64,000 nucleotides of DNA, taken from assembly GCA_965218425.1 (NCBI GenBank), contig OZ244621.1:4000001-4064000 (forward strand). Direction: 5' to 3'. Position 1 is the first letter of the stretch. Each line of letters begins with the position of its first letter. This DNA is from an uncultured Candidatus Binatia bacterium (GTDB lineage Bacteria; Desulfobacterota; Binatia; UBA9968; CAXXLF01). This document shows, piece by piece, positions 41,000-51,614 of the stretch. The notes below the pieces were generated by a model that made no database searches, was not told the origin of the DNA, and saw only the letters and a program-made list of their open reading frames with translations. Made by a program: the position numbers and the translations under genes.

Positions 41000-41416
41000 T
41001 TACTCTTCCATTTGTTCCAGGAAGCAACGCAAAACGTCCACGTAAGTGATAATTCCCATCAAACCGACGTCCGGATCCACCACGGGAATACCACCCACTT
41101 TCTCCTCAATCAATAGCTCCACCGCCTCTCTTAGGTCATCGTCCGGGGCCAGAGTGATGGGTTTATCGGTCATGATCGTAGCAACCTTGGTCTTCATGGC
41201 CACTTCCCGCTCCTCAAGGTAACTGAGGCTACGACCGCCGAGAAAGGATCGAATATCCCGGTCCGTGATAATCCCTATGAGCTCCTTTTCCTTGATGACC
41301 GGGAGCTGCCGAATGTTCTCCTCATCCATAATCTCCAGTGCCTGCTCTATGGAGTCCTCACCTACGACGCTCACGGGGTTGGTCGTCATCAAATGGGCCA
41401 CCTTCATCATCTGCAC
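41000..41416 (-). CDS. CBS domain pair protein
   Basis: IRQLPV, GIITDRD, GGIPVV, GIITYVD. Confidence 0.9.
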   Translation of the reverse strand: MQMMKVAHLMTTNPVSVVGEDSIEQALEIMDEENIRQLPVIKEKELIGIITDRDIRSFLGGRSLSYLEEREVAMKTKVATIMTDKPITLAPDDDLREAVELLIEEKVGGIPVVDPDVGLMGIITYVDVLRCFLEQMEE

Positions 41417-41563
41417 CTCCTATTCAAAGTCCCATAGACCATTCGATCCCATTGCACCCTCTTTGAAAAAATATAAGGGATATTATCAACTGCACGCAGC
41501 GGGTTGGAATACTTCTCATCTCTCATGAAATCATCTGAGCGTTTTTTTCACCGGCATTAAACC

Positions 41564-41578
41564 GCGCAATCCATGCCA
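41564..41578 (-). promoter_or_regulatory. Candidate sigma-54 promoter for CBS/HPF genes
   Basis: TGGCATGGATTGCGC (GG-N10-GC). Confidence 0.55.
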
Positions 41579-41937
41579 ACGTTCTTGGCCCTGGAGTGGA
41601 GGAAAAACTGATTTTTTAAACAGTTAGAATTGATTTCCCGACCAGGCATTCTTATATGTAAGAAAACAAAAACTTTATATTTCATGGGCGGGAAGCTATA
41701 TCCTTGACCTTCAAAGAAACAATCAAAGCCACAGGGATAGTGCCCTAGCAGTTATAATTTCTATTCCCTTTGCCAAATTACTACCAACGATCCCTCTGTC
41801 AATATCGAACGCAGGTTCACTGCGCCAGTCCCACTGAATCATCCATATTCAATATGCTCCAATATGAATATTTTTCCAAGATTGAGAATGCACCACAATT
41901 TTTTTAATAAATTCAATGGTCTTAAGCCAGATCATAC

Positions 41938-41952
41938 TGGCATCCTTTGTGC
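41938..41952 (+). promoter_or_regulatory. Candidate sigma-54 promoter for USP gene
   Basis: TGGCATCCTTTGTGC (GG-N10-GC). Confidence 0.55.
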
Positions 41953-42036
41953 GTTTCATACACTAAGAGGAGGCTTCATAGAATCGGAGCTGATATGGAA
42001 GCTCTAGCAAGAGCCGTAGAAGAGGAGGGAATCTGC

Positions 42037-42739
42037 ATGTACACCAAGATCCTGGTTCCATCATTGGATGGTCCCGAGCGATCAGAACGGATACTCCCTC
42101 CCTCCCGCTCGCTCCACGGTGGAATCCCTTAAACTTGAGGTGGAGTCGCTGCAGGTTATCGACCCCAATGTGGCAACGGCCTTCGCAGATCCGGGACATG
42201 GCCGTTACGTGGATCGGGTGAACTCCAGCATGAGAAACAACAGCATCCACTACCTGGAGAGGATTGCCAATTCGTTCCCGGATCCGGCGAAAGTTTGCCG
42301 CAGTGTGGAGCTAGGCAACGCAGCGGAAGTCATCCCGGACAAGGCTGCGGTCCACGCGGGAACAATAATTGCCATGTCTACCTATGGCCGTTGCGGTGTC
42401 CAGCGTTGGCTCCTGGGAAGCACTGCCGACAGAGTGCTGCATGCAGCCCTTAACCCTCTGCTACTGCTCCGAGCCACCGACCAAACCCCGTTGAGTGAAA
42501 CCGGATTGTTCACAAAGATCGTGGTCCCCTTGGACGGCTCCCAACTGGCAGAACAAACTTTGCCCCATGTGGTCGAACGGGCGAAGAACCTGGGCCTGGA
42601 AGTGGTCCTGTTTCAGGTTTTCGATCCATTGTCACAAGGACCCATGCTCTATATGAAGCAGATAGGAGAGAAAATGCGAGAGGAGGCGAAGGACTACCTG
42701 GAGCTAAAAGTAAGGGGATTGGAAAAAGTGATGGACTAA
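42037..42739 (+). pseudogene. Tandem universal stress protein, frameshifted and 3'-truncated
   Basis: MYTKILVPSLDG / IAMSTYGRCGVQRWLLGSTADRVL / KIVVPLDGSQLAE; second domain incomplete. Confidence 0.85.
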
Positions 42740-43136
42740 AGGAGGCATCCTACCTGTTGCCTCCGAGGCTGGGGTCCGGGTGGCCATGATCACCGGAGAT
42801 AACCGAATCACCGCAAAGGCCATCGCTCGTGATGTGGGACTCTACGGGGAATGTACAGTTGTCTTTACTGCCTTCCCTCTGCAGGAGTTCGCAGTATTAG
42901 GAATGTTGCGTTGCCGGGAGCGCACCCCGTTCTCGTCCAACCCCTGGCTTGTGGCCGCAGTAACAGTAAGCCTGAGCCTACAGATGCTGATCATCTATAC
43001 ACCATTGGCGGGGCTTTTCGGTGTAGTTCCTCTGGGACTTTTCCCCCGGCTCATTCTTATGGTCGGACTGGGGTTAGGCTACGTTATGGCTATCTTGATT
43101 GCCGATTTCGTAGTCAAGCGCCTGGGACCCATCTAG
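42740..43136 (+). pseudogene. P-type cation ATPase remnant with internal deletion
   Basis: AGVRVAMITGDNRITAKAIA joined directly to C-terminal TM segment NPWLVAAV..LQMLIIYTP. Confidence 0.8.
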
Positions 43137-43414
43137 GTTTCCTACCCCTGCTCGCTACCCCAGGACTCCTCATATTCAAAACAAAAATGTTGTACCAAGC
43201 TTAAGCCGGTGGTATCATTGAGCAAATAAAGTGAAGGGGTCTCTGTCTGATGTTGGTGAAATATCCCGCCCGACCTGGTCCTTTTGCTCAGCTTCGTTCC
43301 AGGAGCCGTTTGAGGACCATTTTGATTGTTAAATCATCCCGTCAATATTCGATCCCTCGTGACCGTTAACAGAACAGCATCAGGATTCGTGCCATTGGTG
43401 GGGAGGCCACTGCT

Positions 43415-44962
43415 TTGACTGCACATCACTTTGACGCGATCATCTTCGATCTCGACGGCGTTGTTACCGATACCGCAAAGGTTCACGCCACCGCGTGGAA
43501 AGAGCTGTTTGATGCTTACCTCAAAATGAGGGAGGGAAGGGACAAAGAAGCGTTTACTCCCTTCGATCTCGGTTCAGATTACCTCACCTACGTCGATGGA
43601 AAGCCCCGCTACGATGGGGTTCAAAGCTTTCTCGAGTCACGAAACGTTCATATTACCCGGGGGGAACCCTCCGATAAAACAGACAAAGAAACCGCCTGTG
43701 GCCTTGGAAACCAGAAGAACCGGCGGTTCAGCCAGATACTGGAGAGGGACGGGGTTGAGATTTTTCGCACCACGGTCAACCTCATCAAAGACCTGCGGGC
43801 CCAAGGCGTCAAAACGGCGATCGTATCGTCTAGCAAGAACTGTCAAGCCGTTCTCAGGATTGCCGGCCTCGAATCTCTTTTCGATAACAGGGTTGACGGA
43901 GGCGTATCAGAATCCCTTGGACTCAAGGGTAAACCGGACCCCGACATATTTATCAAGAGCGCTGAGCTTCTCGGTGTCACGCCGAGTCGAGCCGCAATCG
44001 TAGAGGACGCCATTTCCGGCGTGGAAGCAGGCCGAAGGGGGAAATTTGGTCTGGTTATTGGCGTGGACCGGCATGGGGATCCCAATAGCCTAACGGACAA
44101 CGGCGCAGATAGAGTGGTAGAAGATCTGGGAGAAATCACCATTCATGAGATAGATGAGTGGTTTGAGCAGCATGGACCCAACTTACCGTCGGCTCTCGGA
44201 CGTCTGGAAGAAATAAAGCAACGGATCGAGAAAAAAAGGGCCGTGGTTTTCTTCGATTATGACGGGACCCTGACTCCCATCGTGGAAAAGCCAGATCTAG
44301 CCATCATGTCCGAAGAGATGCGGGACGTGGTGCGTCAACTGGCTGTCACCTTGACCGTGGGAATCGTTAGCGGTCGCGCGCGTCCAAAGGTCCACAGCTT
44401 TGTTAAGCTGGATGAACTGACCTATGCGGGAAGCCACGGTTTTGATATTGCATGCCCTGGTCGATCCCAGATCCTGCACGAGGCGGGGAAACGCTTTTTG
44501 CCTGCCATTGATAAAGTCTACAAGGAAATCTCGAAACTGGTGGAACCCATTCAAGGGTCCCTGGTGGAACACGCTGGATTCTCCGTTTCCGTTCATTACC
44601 GGTTAGTCTCCGATGACCAGGTGCCACGGATGGAGAGCATGGTGGATCAACTTATCAAAGAAAATCCCACCTTACGTAAGACCCATGGCAAAAAGGTCTT
44701 CGAGATTCGACCCAAGATCGATTGGGATAAAGGCAAGGCCGTGCTGTGGATTTTAAAAGCCCTGGACCTTGATACTCCTGACGTGATGCCTTTCTATCTT
44801 GGCGATGACACCACCGATGAGGATGCCTTTCGAGCACTGGAAAAAAGAGGCATCGGCATACTGGTGACCGACGCGCCCAAATCCACAAGGGCGTCCTATA
44901 CCCTTAAGGATACGGATGAAGTCCGAAAATTTTTGCTCTCCTTAATCAATCTGGTGAAATAG
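43415..44962 (+). CDS. otsB: Beta-phosphoglucomutase-like HAD domain fused to trehalose-6-phosphate phosphatase
   Basis: [48 protein letters not shown]. Confidence 0.88.
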   Translation: MTAHHFDAIIFDLDGVVTDTAKVHATAWKELFDAYLKMREGRDKEAFTPFDLGSDYLTYVDGKPRYDGVQSFLESRNVHITRGEPSDKTDKETACGLGNQKNRRFSQILERDGVEIFRTTVNLIKDLRAQGVKTAIVSSSKNCQAVLRIAGLESLFDNRVDGGVSESLGLKGKPDPDIFIKSAELLGVTPSRAAIVEDAISGVEAGRRGKFGLVIGVDRHGDPNSLTDNGADRVVEDLGEITIHEIDEWFEQHGPNLPSALGRLEEIKQRIEKKRAVVFFDYDGTLTPIVEKPDLAIMSEEMRDVVRQLAVTLTVGIVSGRARPKVHSFVKLDELTYAGSHGFDIACPGRSQILHEAGKRFLPAIDKVYKEISKLVEPIQGSLVEHAGFSVSVHYRLVSDDQVPRMESMVDQLIKENPTLRKTHGKKVFEIRPKIDWDKGKAVLWILKALDLDTPDVMPFYLGDDTTDEDAFRALEKRGIGILVTDAPKSTRASYTLKDTDEVRKFLLSLINLVK

Positions 44963-44970
44963 AGGTTTTG

Positions 44971-47364
44971 ATGAGCGAGTGGATACTTGAATACGATGGG
45001 TTCGACCAAGACCAGGAGCGTCTCCGGGAGGCCCTGTGTACCCTGGGAAATGGCTATTTTGCAACGCGTGGGGCCGCCGCAGAGGCTACAGCCACCGTCA
45101 TCCACTATCCGGCCACCTACCTTGCCGGGGGATTTAACCGGCTGACGACCGATATCGCAGGCCGATCGATTGTCAACGAAGATCTAGTCAACTTCCCCAA
45201 CTGGCTTCGTCTAACGTTCCAGCTCGACGGTGGCGAATGGTTTAACATTTTAGCCGTTGAAATCCTCTCCTACCGCCAGGAGCTTCATCTGAAAAATGGT
45301 CTGCTGGTACGCAACGTACGTTTTCGCGATAAACAGGGGAACGAATTTACGATATCAAGCCGGCGATTGGTCCATATGGGCAATCCCCACCTTGCGGCCA
45401 TGGAGACCAGTATCACCTCGGAGAACTGGTCCGGCAAGATGAAGGTAAAATCGGAATTGGACGGCTCCGTAATCAATGCCGGTGTCGATCGTTATAAACA
45501 ACTCAACTCGAAACACCTAGAGACCCTCTCCATGGGAAAAGTAAATGATGAGACCGTCCATTTACTGGTTAGAACCACCCAGTCACGCATCGAAATGGCT
45601 CAGGCCGCCAGGACTCAGCTCTTTAGTAGCAATGGTAAGCGATTGACATCGAAAACCCGCACCTACGAGGAACAGGAAACCGTCGGTCAAGAGCTCGAAT
45701 TTGACCTCGTAAAGGGAAAAACCGTCAAAGTCGAAAAGATCGTTTCCCTCTACACGTGCAGAGACAGCGCCATATCGGAGTGCTCACTGGCCGCACGTGA
45801 CGCCGTTTCAACTTGTGGGCGGTTCCGGGAGCTCCTCGAATCCCACACCAGGGCGTGGCATTCCCTGTGGCGCCGATACGACGTGGAAGTCCGTGCGCGT
45901 GACCAAGCCCAACTGGTCCTCAGACTGCATATCTTTCACCTCTTGCAGACCATATCTCCCCATACCATCGGCCTCGACGTGGGAGTGCCCGCCAGGGGTC
46001 TCCATGGTGAGGCCTACCGTGGACATATCTTCTGGGATGAGATGTTCATGTTCTTTTTCTATACCCTGAGGATCCCGGAGGTGACCCGCTCCCTACTTCT
46101 CTATCGGTACCGGCGCCTCGACGCGGCACGCTTGGGGGCTAAAGAGGCGGGCTATGAGGGCGCCATGTATCCATGGCAAAGCGGCAGCGATGGAAGCGAA
46201 GAGACCCAGAGACTTCACTTAAATCCAATCTCCGGGCGTTGGCTGGACGACCATAGCCGCCTGCAACGCCATGTCAACATCGCCATCGTTTATAACGTCT
46301 GGCAATACTACCAGGCATCCGGGGACATGGAGTTTTTGGTCTACTATGGGGCAGAGATGATGCTGGAGATCGCCCGCTTTTGGGCGAGCATCTCCACCTA
46401 CAACAAAAAGACCAAGCGCTACGAGATCAAGGGTGTCATGGGCCCTGATGAATATCACGAGAAATATCCCAATACTGAAAAGGGTGGCCTGAACAACAAC
46501 GCCTACACCAACGTCATGGCGGTCTGGCTGCTGGAACGAGCCATCGCGGTTTTGAATCTCCTGGATGAGGAACGCCGGGACGAACTGTTTGAAGAGCTGC
46601 AATTGAAAAAAGAGGAGATCGAGCGCTGGAAGGATATTACCCGCAAAATGACCGTTGTATTTCATGGCGATGGCATCATCAGTCAATTCGAAGGGTACGA
46701 TCAACTGGAGGAGTTCGACTGGGAACGCTATCGGAAGAAATACGGGAATATAGGACGCCTAGACCGGATACTGGAAGCCGAAGGAGATACCCCAGACCAC
46801 TATAAGCTATCGAAACAGGCCGATGTGCTGATGGTGTTTTACCTGCTTCCCATCGAGGAAGTGCAGCGAATTTTTCGACAACTCGGATACACTTTTGACA
46901 AGGCAACCTTTCGCAAGAACGTGGACTACTACATGGAACGAACTTCCCACGGTTCAACCCTCAGCCGGGTCGTGCATGCTTTCATCCTGGCCCATATCGA
47001 TCCGTCGAGGTTTTGGGCGTTTTTTGCCGAGGCTTTAAAATCAGACATTGCCGATATTCAGGGCGGCACCACCAAGGAAGGTATCCATCTAGGCGCCATG
47101 GCGGGTATCGATGATCTTCTTCTGGGCTGCTATGCGGGAATTGAAACCTGGGGTGAGCACATAGCGTTTGATCCAGTTCTTCCCGGCGGGATGCGAAAAC
47201 TTCACCTCAGGCTCCGCTACCGAGGGCGATGGTATGAACTCGATATGGGCAAAGGGCGTTTACGCGTGTCCGTGGGCAAAGACGGCAAGGAACCGGTCCC
47301 CATTTCAGTCAAAGGAAAGACTTACCACATCAAACCCGGCCAATCTCAGAACTTCAAGTTATAA
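44971..47364 (+). CDS. Glycoside hydrolase family 65 phosphorylase
   Basis: LGNGYFATRG, ARGLHGEAYRGHIFWDE, GPDEYHE, KQAD, HGSTLS. Confidence 0.93.
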   Translation: MSEWILEYDGFDQDQERLREALCTLGNGYFATRGAAAEATATVIHYPATYLAGGFNRLTTDIAGRSIVNEDLVNFPNWLRLTFQLDGGEWFNILAVEILSYRQELHLKNGLLVRNVRFRDKQGNEFTISSRRLVHMGNPHLAAMETSITSENWSGKMKVKSELDGSVINAGVDRYKQLNSKHLETLSMGKVNDETVHLLVRTTQSRIEMAQAARTQLFSSNGKRLTSKTRTYEEQETVGQELEFDLVKGKTVKVEKIVSLYTCRDSAISECSLAARDAVSTCGRFRELLESHTRAWHSLWRRYDVEVRARDQAQLVLRLHIFHLLQTISPHTIGLDVGVPARGLHGEAYRGHIFWDEMFMFFFYTLRIPEVTRSLLLYRYRRLDAARLGAKEAGYEGAMYPWQSGSDGSEETQRLHLNPISGRWLDDHSRLQRHVNIAIVYNVWQYYQASGDMEFLVYYGAEMMLEIARFWASISTYNKKTKRYEIKGVMGPDEYHEKYPNTEKGGLNNNAYTNVMAVWLLERAIAVLNLLDEERRDELFEELQLKKEEIERWKDITRKMTVVFHGDGIISQFEGYDQLEEFDWERYRKKYGNIGRLDRILEAEGDTPDHYKLSKQADVLMVFYLLPIEEVQRIFRQLGYTFDKATFRKNVDYYMERTSHGSTLSRVVHAFILAHIDPSRFWAFFAEALKSDIADIQGGTTKEGIHLGAMAGIDDLLLGCYAGIETWGEHIAFDPVLPGGMRKLHLRLRYRGRWYELDMGKGRLRVSVGKDGKEPVPISVKGKTYHIKPGQSQNFKL

Positions 47365-47388
47365 GAAATAAACGCCCAACCGACTCTA

Positions 47389-50010
47389 CTAGGCGGCTTC
47401 CGCCAGAGGAGACACATCAAGGGTTAACCCTTGCGGGCCGCAATCAACCACAACCTTTGAGCGTTCGGTAACCTCACCGGCCAAGATCTCTCGTCCCAGG
47501 GCCGTCTCCAACTCCTTTTGGATCAGACGCTTTAGGGGACGTGCACCATAGGTTGGATCATAGCCGTTTTCGGCAAAGTAATCCCTGGCATTCTCAGTTA
47601 GCTCCAGAGTAATGTGACGCTCCATCAAGCGGCCACGCAGCCGTCCAAGCTGGATCTCCACGATTCTTTTGAGGTCGTTACGAGTCAGGCTATGAAAAAC
47701 CACTGTCTCATCCACACGATTTAGAAACTCCGGCCTGAACTCCTGCCGCAGGGCATCTAGAACTTCGCGCTTCATCCCCGTATAACTATCCGGATCGTCT
47801 CCACCCCGGTAGTTAAGGATATGTTGGCTACCGGCATTGGAGGTCATGATCACCACCGTGTTTTTGAAATCCACCGTACGGCCATGACCATCCGTTAATC
47901 GGCCGTCGTCCAGGATCTGCAGGAGCACATTAAACACGTCCCCATGGGCTTTTTCGATCTCGTCAAACAGAAGCACCGAATAAGGATGTCGCCGCACCGC
48001 TTCCGTAAGCTGTCCCCCTTCATCATAACCCACATAACCTGGAGGGGCACCGATGAGCCTGGCCACGGTATGTTTTTCCATATACTCCGACATGTCCAGG
48101 CGAACCATGTTGTTCTCATCGTCAAACAGAGACTCCGCTAGCGCCCGTGCAAGCTCCGTCTTACCCACTCCCGTGGGACCGAGAAAAATGAACGACCCTA
48201 TTGGCCGATTGGGATCCTTGAGACCCGAACGGGCGCGGATGACCGCGTCGGCAACCGCCTCCACGGCTTCTTCCTGACTAACCACCCGTCGGTGCAAATA
48301 CTCTCCCATGCCAAGGAGCTTCTCTTTCTCCCCCTCCATTAACCGTGCCACAGGCACTCCCGTCCAGCAGGAGACCACCTGTGCGATATCCTCCTCATCC
48401 ACTTCCTCCTTTAATAAAAGATGTGCACCTCCCTCTCTCTCCACTCGCTCATCCTCCTCCCTCAATTCTTTTTCCAGCTGAGCGAGATTCCCATATTTGA
48501 GCTCTGCCACGCGATTGAGATCGTACTCTCGTTCCGCCGCTTCTATGGTCCTGCGGGTTTCCTCGATCTTGCCCTTCAGTTCACGCAAGCGCGAGACGCT
48601 GCCCTTTTCCACTTCCCAACGAGCCCTCAAGTGATTGGCTTCCTCCTTGAGATCGGCGAGTTCCTTCTCCAGCTTTGCCAACCGATCCTGCGACGCCGCG
48701 TCCGTTTCCTTTCTTAGCGCCTCTCTTTCGATCTCCAGTTGCATCACCTGACGGGATACTTGATCCAGCTCCACGGGCATGGAGTCGATTTCCGTACGCA
48801 GCTTGGCCCCCGCTTCATCCACAAGGTCAATGGCCTTGTCGGGCAAGAAACGATCACTGATGTAGCGGTGAGAGAGTAACGCAGCGTTCACCAAGGCTGC
48901 ATCCTTGATACGGACCCCGTGATGAAGCTCATAGCGTTCCTTCAGTCCCCGCAGGATCGAAATGGTGTCCTCTACGTTAGGCTGATCGACTGCCACCGGT
49001 TGGAACCGGCGCTCAAGGGCCCGGTCCTTCTCCACATGCCGGCGGTACTCATCCAATGTGGTTGCACCGATGCAGTGGAGTTCCCCGCGCACGAGCATGG
49101 GTTTTAATAGGTTGCTGGCATCCATAGCGCCTTCCGCCGCTCCGGCGCCTACCACAGTATGCAGCTCGTCAATGAACAACACCACTTCACCAGAGGACTC
49201 CTGCACCTCTTTCAAAACCGCCTTGAGTCGTTCTTCAAATTCTCCCCTGAACTTGGCCCCCGCAACGAGGGCCCCCATATCCAGAACGACGATACGTTTG
49301 TTCTTGAGTCCCTCGGGAACGTCCCCTCGTACAACCCGCTGCGCCAGGCCTTCCACGATGGCTGTCTTCCCCACCCCGGGATCTCCAATCAGAACCGGAT
49401 TGTTTTTCGTCCGACGCGAGAGGACCTGCACCACCCGGCGAATCTCCTCATCCCGACCGATCACCGGGTCGAGCTTTCCCTGGGTCGCAAGCTGAGTGAG
49501 GTCACGACCGTAACGCTCCAACGCCTGGTAGGTGGCCTCAGGATTAGTACTGGTGACTCTGTGGTGTCCCCTCACCTTCTGTAATGCAGCAAGCAAGGCA
49601 TCGCGCTTGAGTCCTTGTTGTCTTAGCAGTGGGCCCGCCACACCCTCCTCATCCATCATGGCGAGGAGTAGATGCTCTACGCTCACATACTCATCCTTTA
49701 ACTCCCTAGCTTCATCCTCCGCGCGCGTCAGCAGACTCGCCAGCCTCTGGGTGACATAGATTTTATCGGGGCCAGCGGAAGAGCCTGATACCTGGGGGAT
49801 CCTGTTTAACGCACCCTCTAAATCTTCTTTGACTGCAGCGGTAGAAACACTCGCCTGACGTAAGATCGCGGGCACAAGACCCTCGGTTGCATCTACAAGA
49901 GCCGCAAGTAAATGTTCAACATCCACTCCTTGATGACTGCGACGTTGGGCCAGTGACTGAGCTTCCTGCAGAGCTTCCTGCGACTTCTCTGTTAATTTGT
50001 TGCTATTCAT
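47389..50010 (-). CDS. clpB: ATP-dependent chaperone ClpB
   Basis: Two AAA+ modules ([16 protein letters not shown]), coiled-coil middle domain, GAPPGYVGY. Confidence 0.96.
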   Translation of the reverse strand: MNSNKLTEKSQEALQEAQSLAQRRSHQGVDVEHLLAALVDATEGLVPAILRQASVSTAAVKEDLEGALNRIPQVSGSSAGPDKIYVTQRLASLLTRAEDEARELKDEYVSVEHLLLAMMDEEGVAGPLLRQQGLKRDALLAALQKVRGHHRVTSTNPEATYQALERYGRDLTQLATQGKLDPVIGRDEEIRRVVQVLSRRTKNNPVLIGDPGVGKTAIVEGLAQRVVRGDVPEGLKNKRIVVLDMGALVAGAKFRGEFEERLKAVLKEVQESSGEVVLFIDELHTVVGAGAAEGAMDASNLLKPMLVRGELHCIGATTLDEYRRHVEKDRALERRFQPVAVDQPNVEDTISILRGLKERYELHHGVRIKDAALVNAALLSHRYISDRFLPDKAIDLVDEAGAKLRTEIDSMPVELDQVSRQVMQLEIEREALRKETDAASQDRLAKLEKELADLKEEANHLRARWEVEKGSVSRLRELKGKIEETRRTIEAAEREYDLNRVAELKYGNLAQLEKELREEDERVEREGGAHLLLKEEVDEEDIAQVVSCWTGVPVARLMEGEKEKLLGMGEYLHRRVVSQEEAVEAVADAVIRARSGLKDPNRPIGSFIFLGPTGVGKTELARALAESLFDDENNMVRLDMSEYMEKHTVARLIGAPPGYVGYDEGGQLTEAVRRHPYSVLLFDEIEKAHGDVFNVLLQILDDGRLTDGHGRTVDFKNTVVIMTSNAGSQHILNYRGGDDPDSYTGMKREVLDALRQEFRPEFLNRVDETVVFHSLTRNDLKRIVEIQLGRLRGRLMERHITLELTENARDYFAENGYDPTYGARPLKRLIQKELETALGREILAGEVTERSKVVVDCGPQGLTLDVSPLAEAA

Positions 50011-50207
50011 TATGACTCCTGAACCATGAGCTATGCTTATTCCTACCTATTTTGTAGTGCAGGCATTTCATAGGTTCTGAAAATTGCGATACTGTTTTTT
50101 GATTTTCTGAAAATTTAACCACTCATTGTGAAATGACAACCCCAAAATTTTGCGCAATGAAGACACAAAGAAATGTGGAATTTGAAGCTGAGCGATGAAG
50201 TCCTCTC

Positions 50208-50236
50208 TTGACACCTCGAGGATCGATGCTTAACTT
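50208..50236 (+). promoter_or_regulatory. Sigma-70-type promoter of hsp20
   Basis: TTGACA-N17-TAACTT. Confidence 0.6.
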
Positions 50237-50293
50237 TTCACTAAGTCGATGACCTGGCCAGGTCGAAAAACAATTTAGAAGGAGGATATTCCA

Positions 50294-50767
50294 ATGAGAG
50301 ATTTAGTACGCTGGAACCCTTTTCAAGAGTTGACCCATTGGCACAGGGACTTGGACGATTTCTTCGGTCTACCATTCAGTTTGGGACGAGAGGAAAACCA
50401 ACTGAGTCGTTGGTGGCCGGCTTTGGACGGCTATGAAAAGGATGGAAAGTATTTCATTCGTCTGGATTTACCAGGTGTAGAAGCAAAAGAGGTGGAAGTT
50501 GTTGTGGAAGGCGACTCTCTGATCATCAAGGGAGAGAGAAAAAACGAGAAGGAGGTGGATGAGAAGAATTACTTCTATCGTGAAACCTCTGCCGGCCGAT
50601 TCGAGCGCCGGGTTGCCCTGCCTAAAGGCGTGGACGCGAGCAAGATCGAAGCCCGCTTTGAAAAGGGAGTTATCGAGATTTCCGTGCCGCTTCCAGTTCA
50701 CCTCGCTGCGAAGAAGGTGCAGATTCAAATCGAGGATGAAAAAAGCGGTCAGAACAAAGCAGCCTGA
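50294..50767 (+). CDS. Hsp20/alpha-crystallin small heat shock protein
   Basis: DLPGV, IKGERK, GRFERRVALP, ARFEKGVIEI. Confidence 0.93.
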   Translation: MRDLVRWNPFQELTHWHRDLDDFFGLPFSLGREENQLSRWWPALDGYEKDGKYFIRLDLPGVEAKEVEVVVEGDSLIIKGERKNEKEVDEKNYFYRETSAGRFERRVALPKGVDASKIEARFEKGVIEISVPLPVHLAAKKVQIQIEDEKSGQNKAA

Positions 50768-50793
50768 AAGTCGCTGCTAAAATTCTGGTGACC

Positions 50794-50828
50794 AAAAGGG
50801 GGACCCTCCGCAAGGGGGGTCCCTTTTT
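50794..50828 (+). terminator. Rho-independent terminator
   Basis: GGGACCCTCC-GCAA-GGGGGGTCCC followed by T-run. Confidence 0.85.
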
Positions 50829-50996
50829 ATATTTAGGCTGATTTACCGCCTAATCTTTACTTTCATCATCAGATCCATTTCACCCGCCACTTTCACAGCC
50901 ATCACCATTCGACCATTCCGACGAATTCAAATTCATTTTCCACCGAAAGACTCACTGAAAATCCCAAGAATTCGAGCCTTTTTTCGTAGGCAGAAT

Positions 50997-51011
50997 TGGC
51001 ACGCTATATGC
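50997..51011 (+). promoter_or_regulatory. Sigma-54 -24/-12 promoter
   Basis: TGGCACGCTATATGC, upstream of AAGGAGG RBS and next to a sigma-54 activator gene. Confidence 0.8.
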
Positions 51012-51049
51012 CATACATAGTGACAGAGGAATTCGACGGAAAGGAGGGA

Positions 51050-51501
51050 ATGGTTATGAAAAAGGTATTGGGCGTAATCCTTGCAGGAGGCGCACTGATC
51101 CTTCTGGTAGGCGCGGCAACGGCGCAATGGCCTGGAGGCCACGGCCCCGGTAGAGGAATGGGTTTTAGCCGGGGCGAGATGGGTCATGGCGAATGGGAGA
51201 TGGGACATGGAATGAGAGGCGGCAGTGGAATGGGCTGGGGCCGTGGAGAAGCAAACTGCCCTGGGCTGCGCGGGACATCCACCGCAGCAATCACTCAAGA
51301 AAATGCAAAAGACTTGGCCCAGAAGTATGCCGACACAAATCTCCCGGGTTTCAAGGTGGAGAGGGTCCTTCCCTTCAGTGGTAGGCATCACACGGCCTAC
51401 GCCGTAGAACTCAAAAACTCGGAGGGTAAGCTCCGCACTTTCACATCGATCCTTTCGGCGACGTGATGTCCTTCGGTGGCCCCTGGAGAAGTGGCTCGTA
51501 A
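51050..51501 (+). CDS. Exported Gly/Met/His-rich protein with PepSY-like C-terminus; probable 1-nt frameshift at 51439-51441
   Basis: Signal peptide, GMG/GHG repeats, AITQENAKDLA..YAVEL; adding one T gives FHIDPFGDVMSFGGPWRSGS*. Confidence 0.7.
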
Positions 51502-51524
51502 GCCTTTACTTAGGTCATCGAGCC

Positions 51525-51556
51525 AACCCCCCGGGTCTTAACCCGGGGGGTTTTTT
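51525..51556 (+). terminator. Rho-independent terminator
   Basis: AACCCCCCGGGT-CTTA-ACCCGGGGGGTT then T-run. Confidence 0.88.
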
Positions 51557-51614
51557 AAGGCACATAACAAGATTCCAGGGAATTCCAGTCCCCCACACCT
51601 TCTTGTTTATATAG

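Noticed and set aside
40364..41116. 250-aa plus-strand ORF
   Set aside because: Antisense to the HPF-CSD and CBS genes
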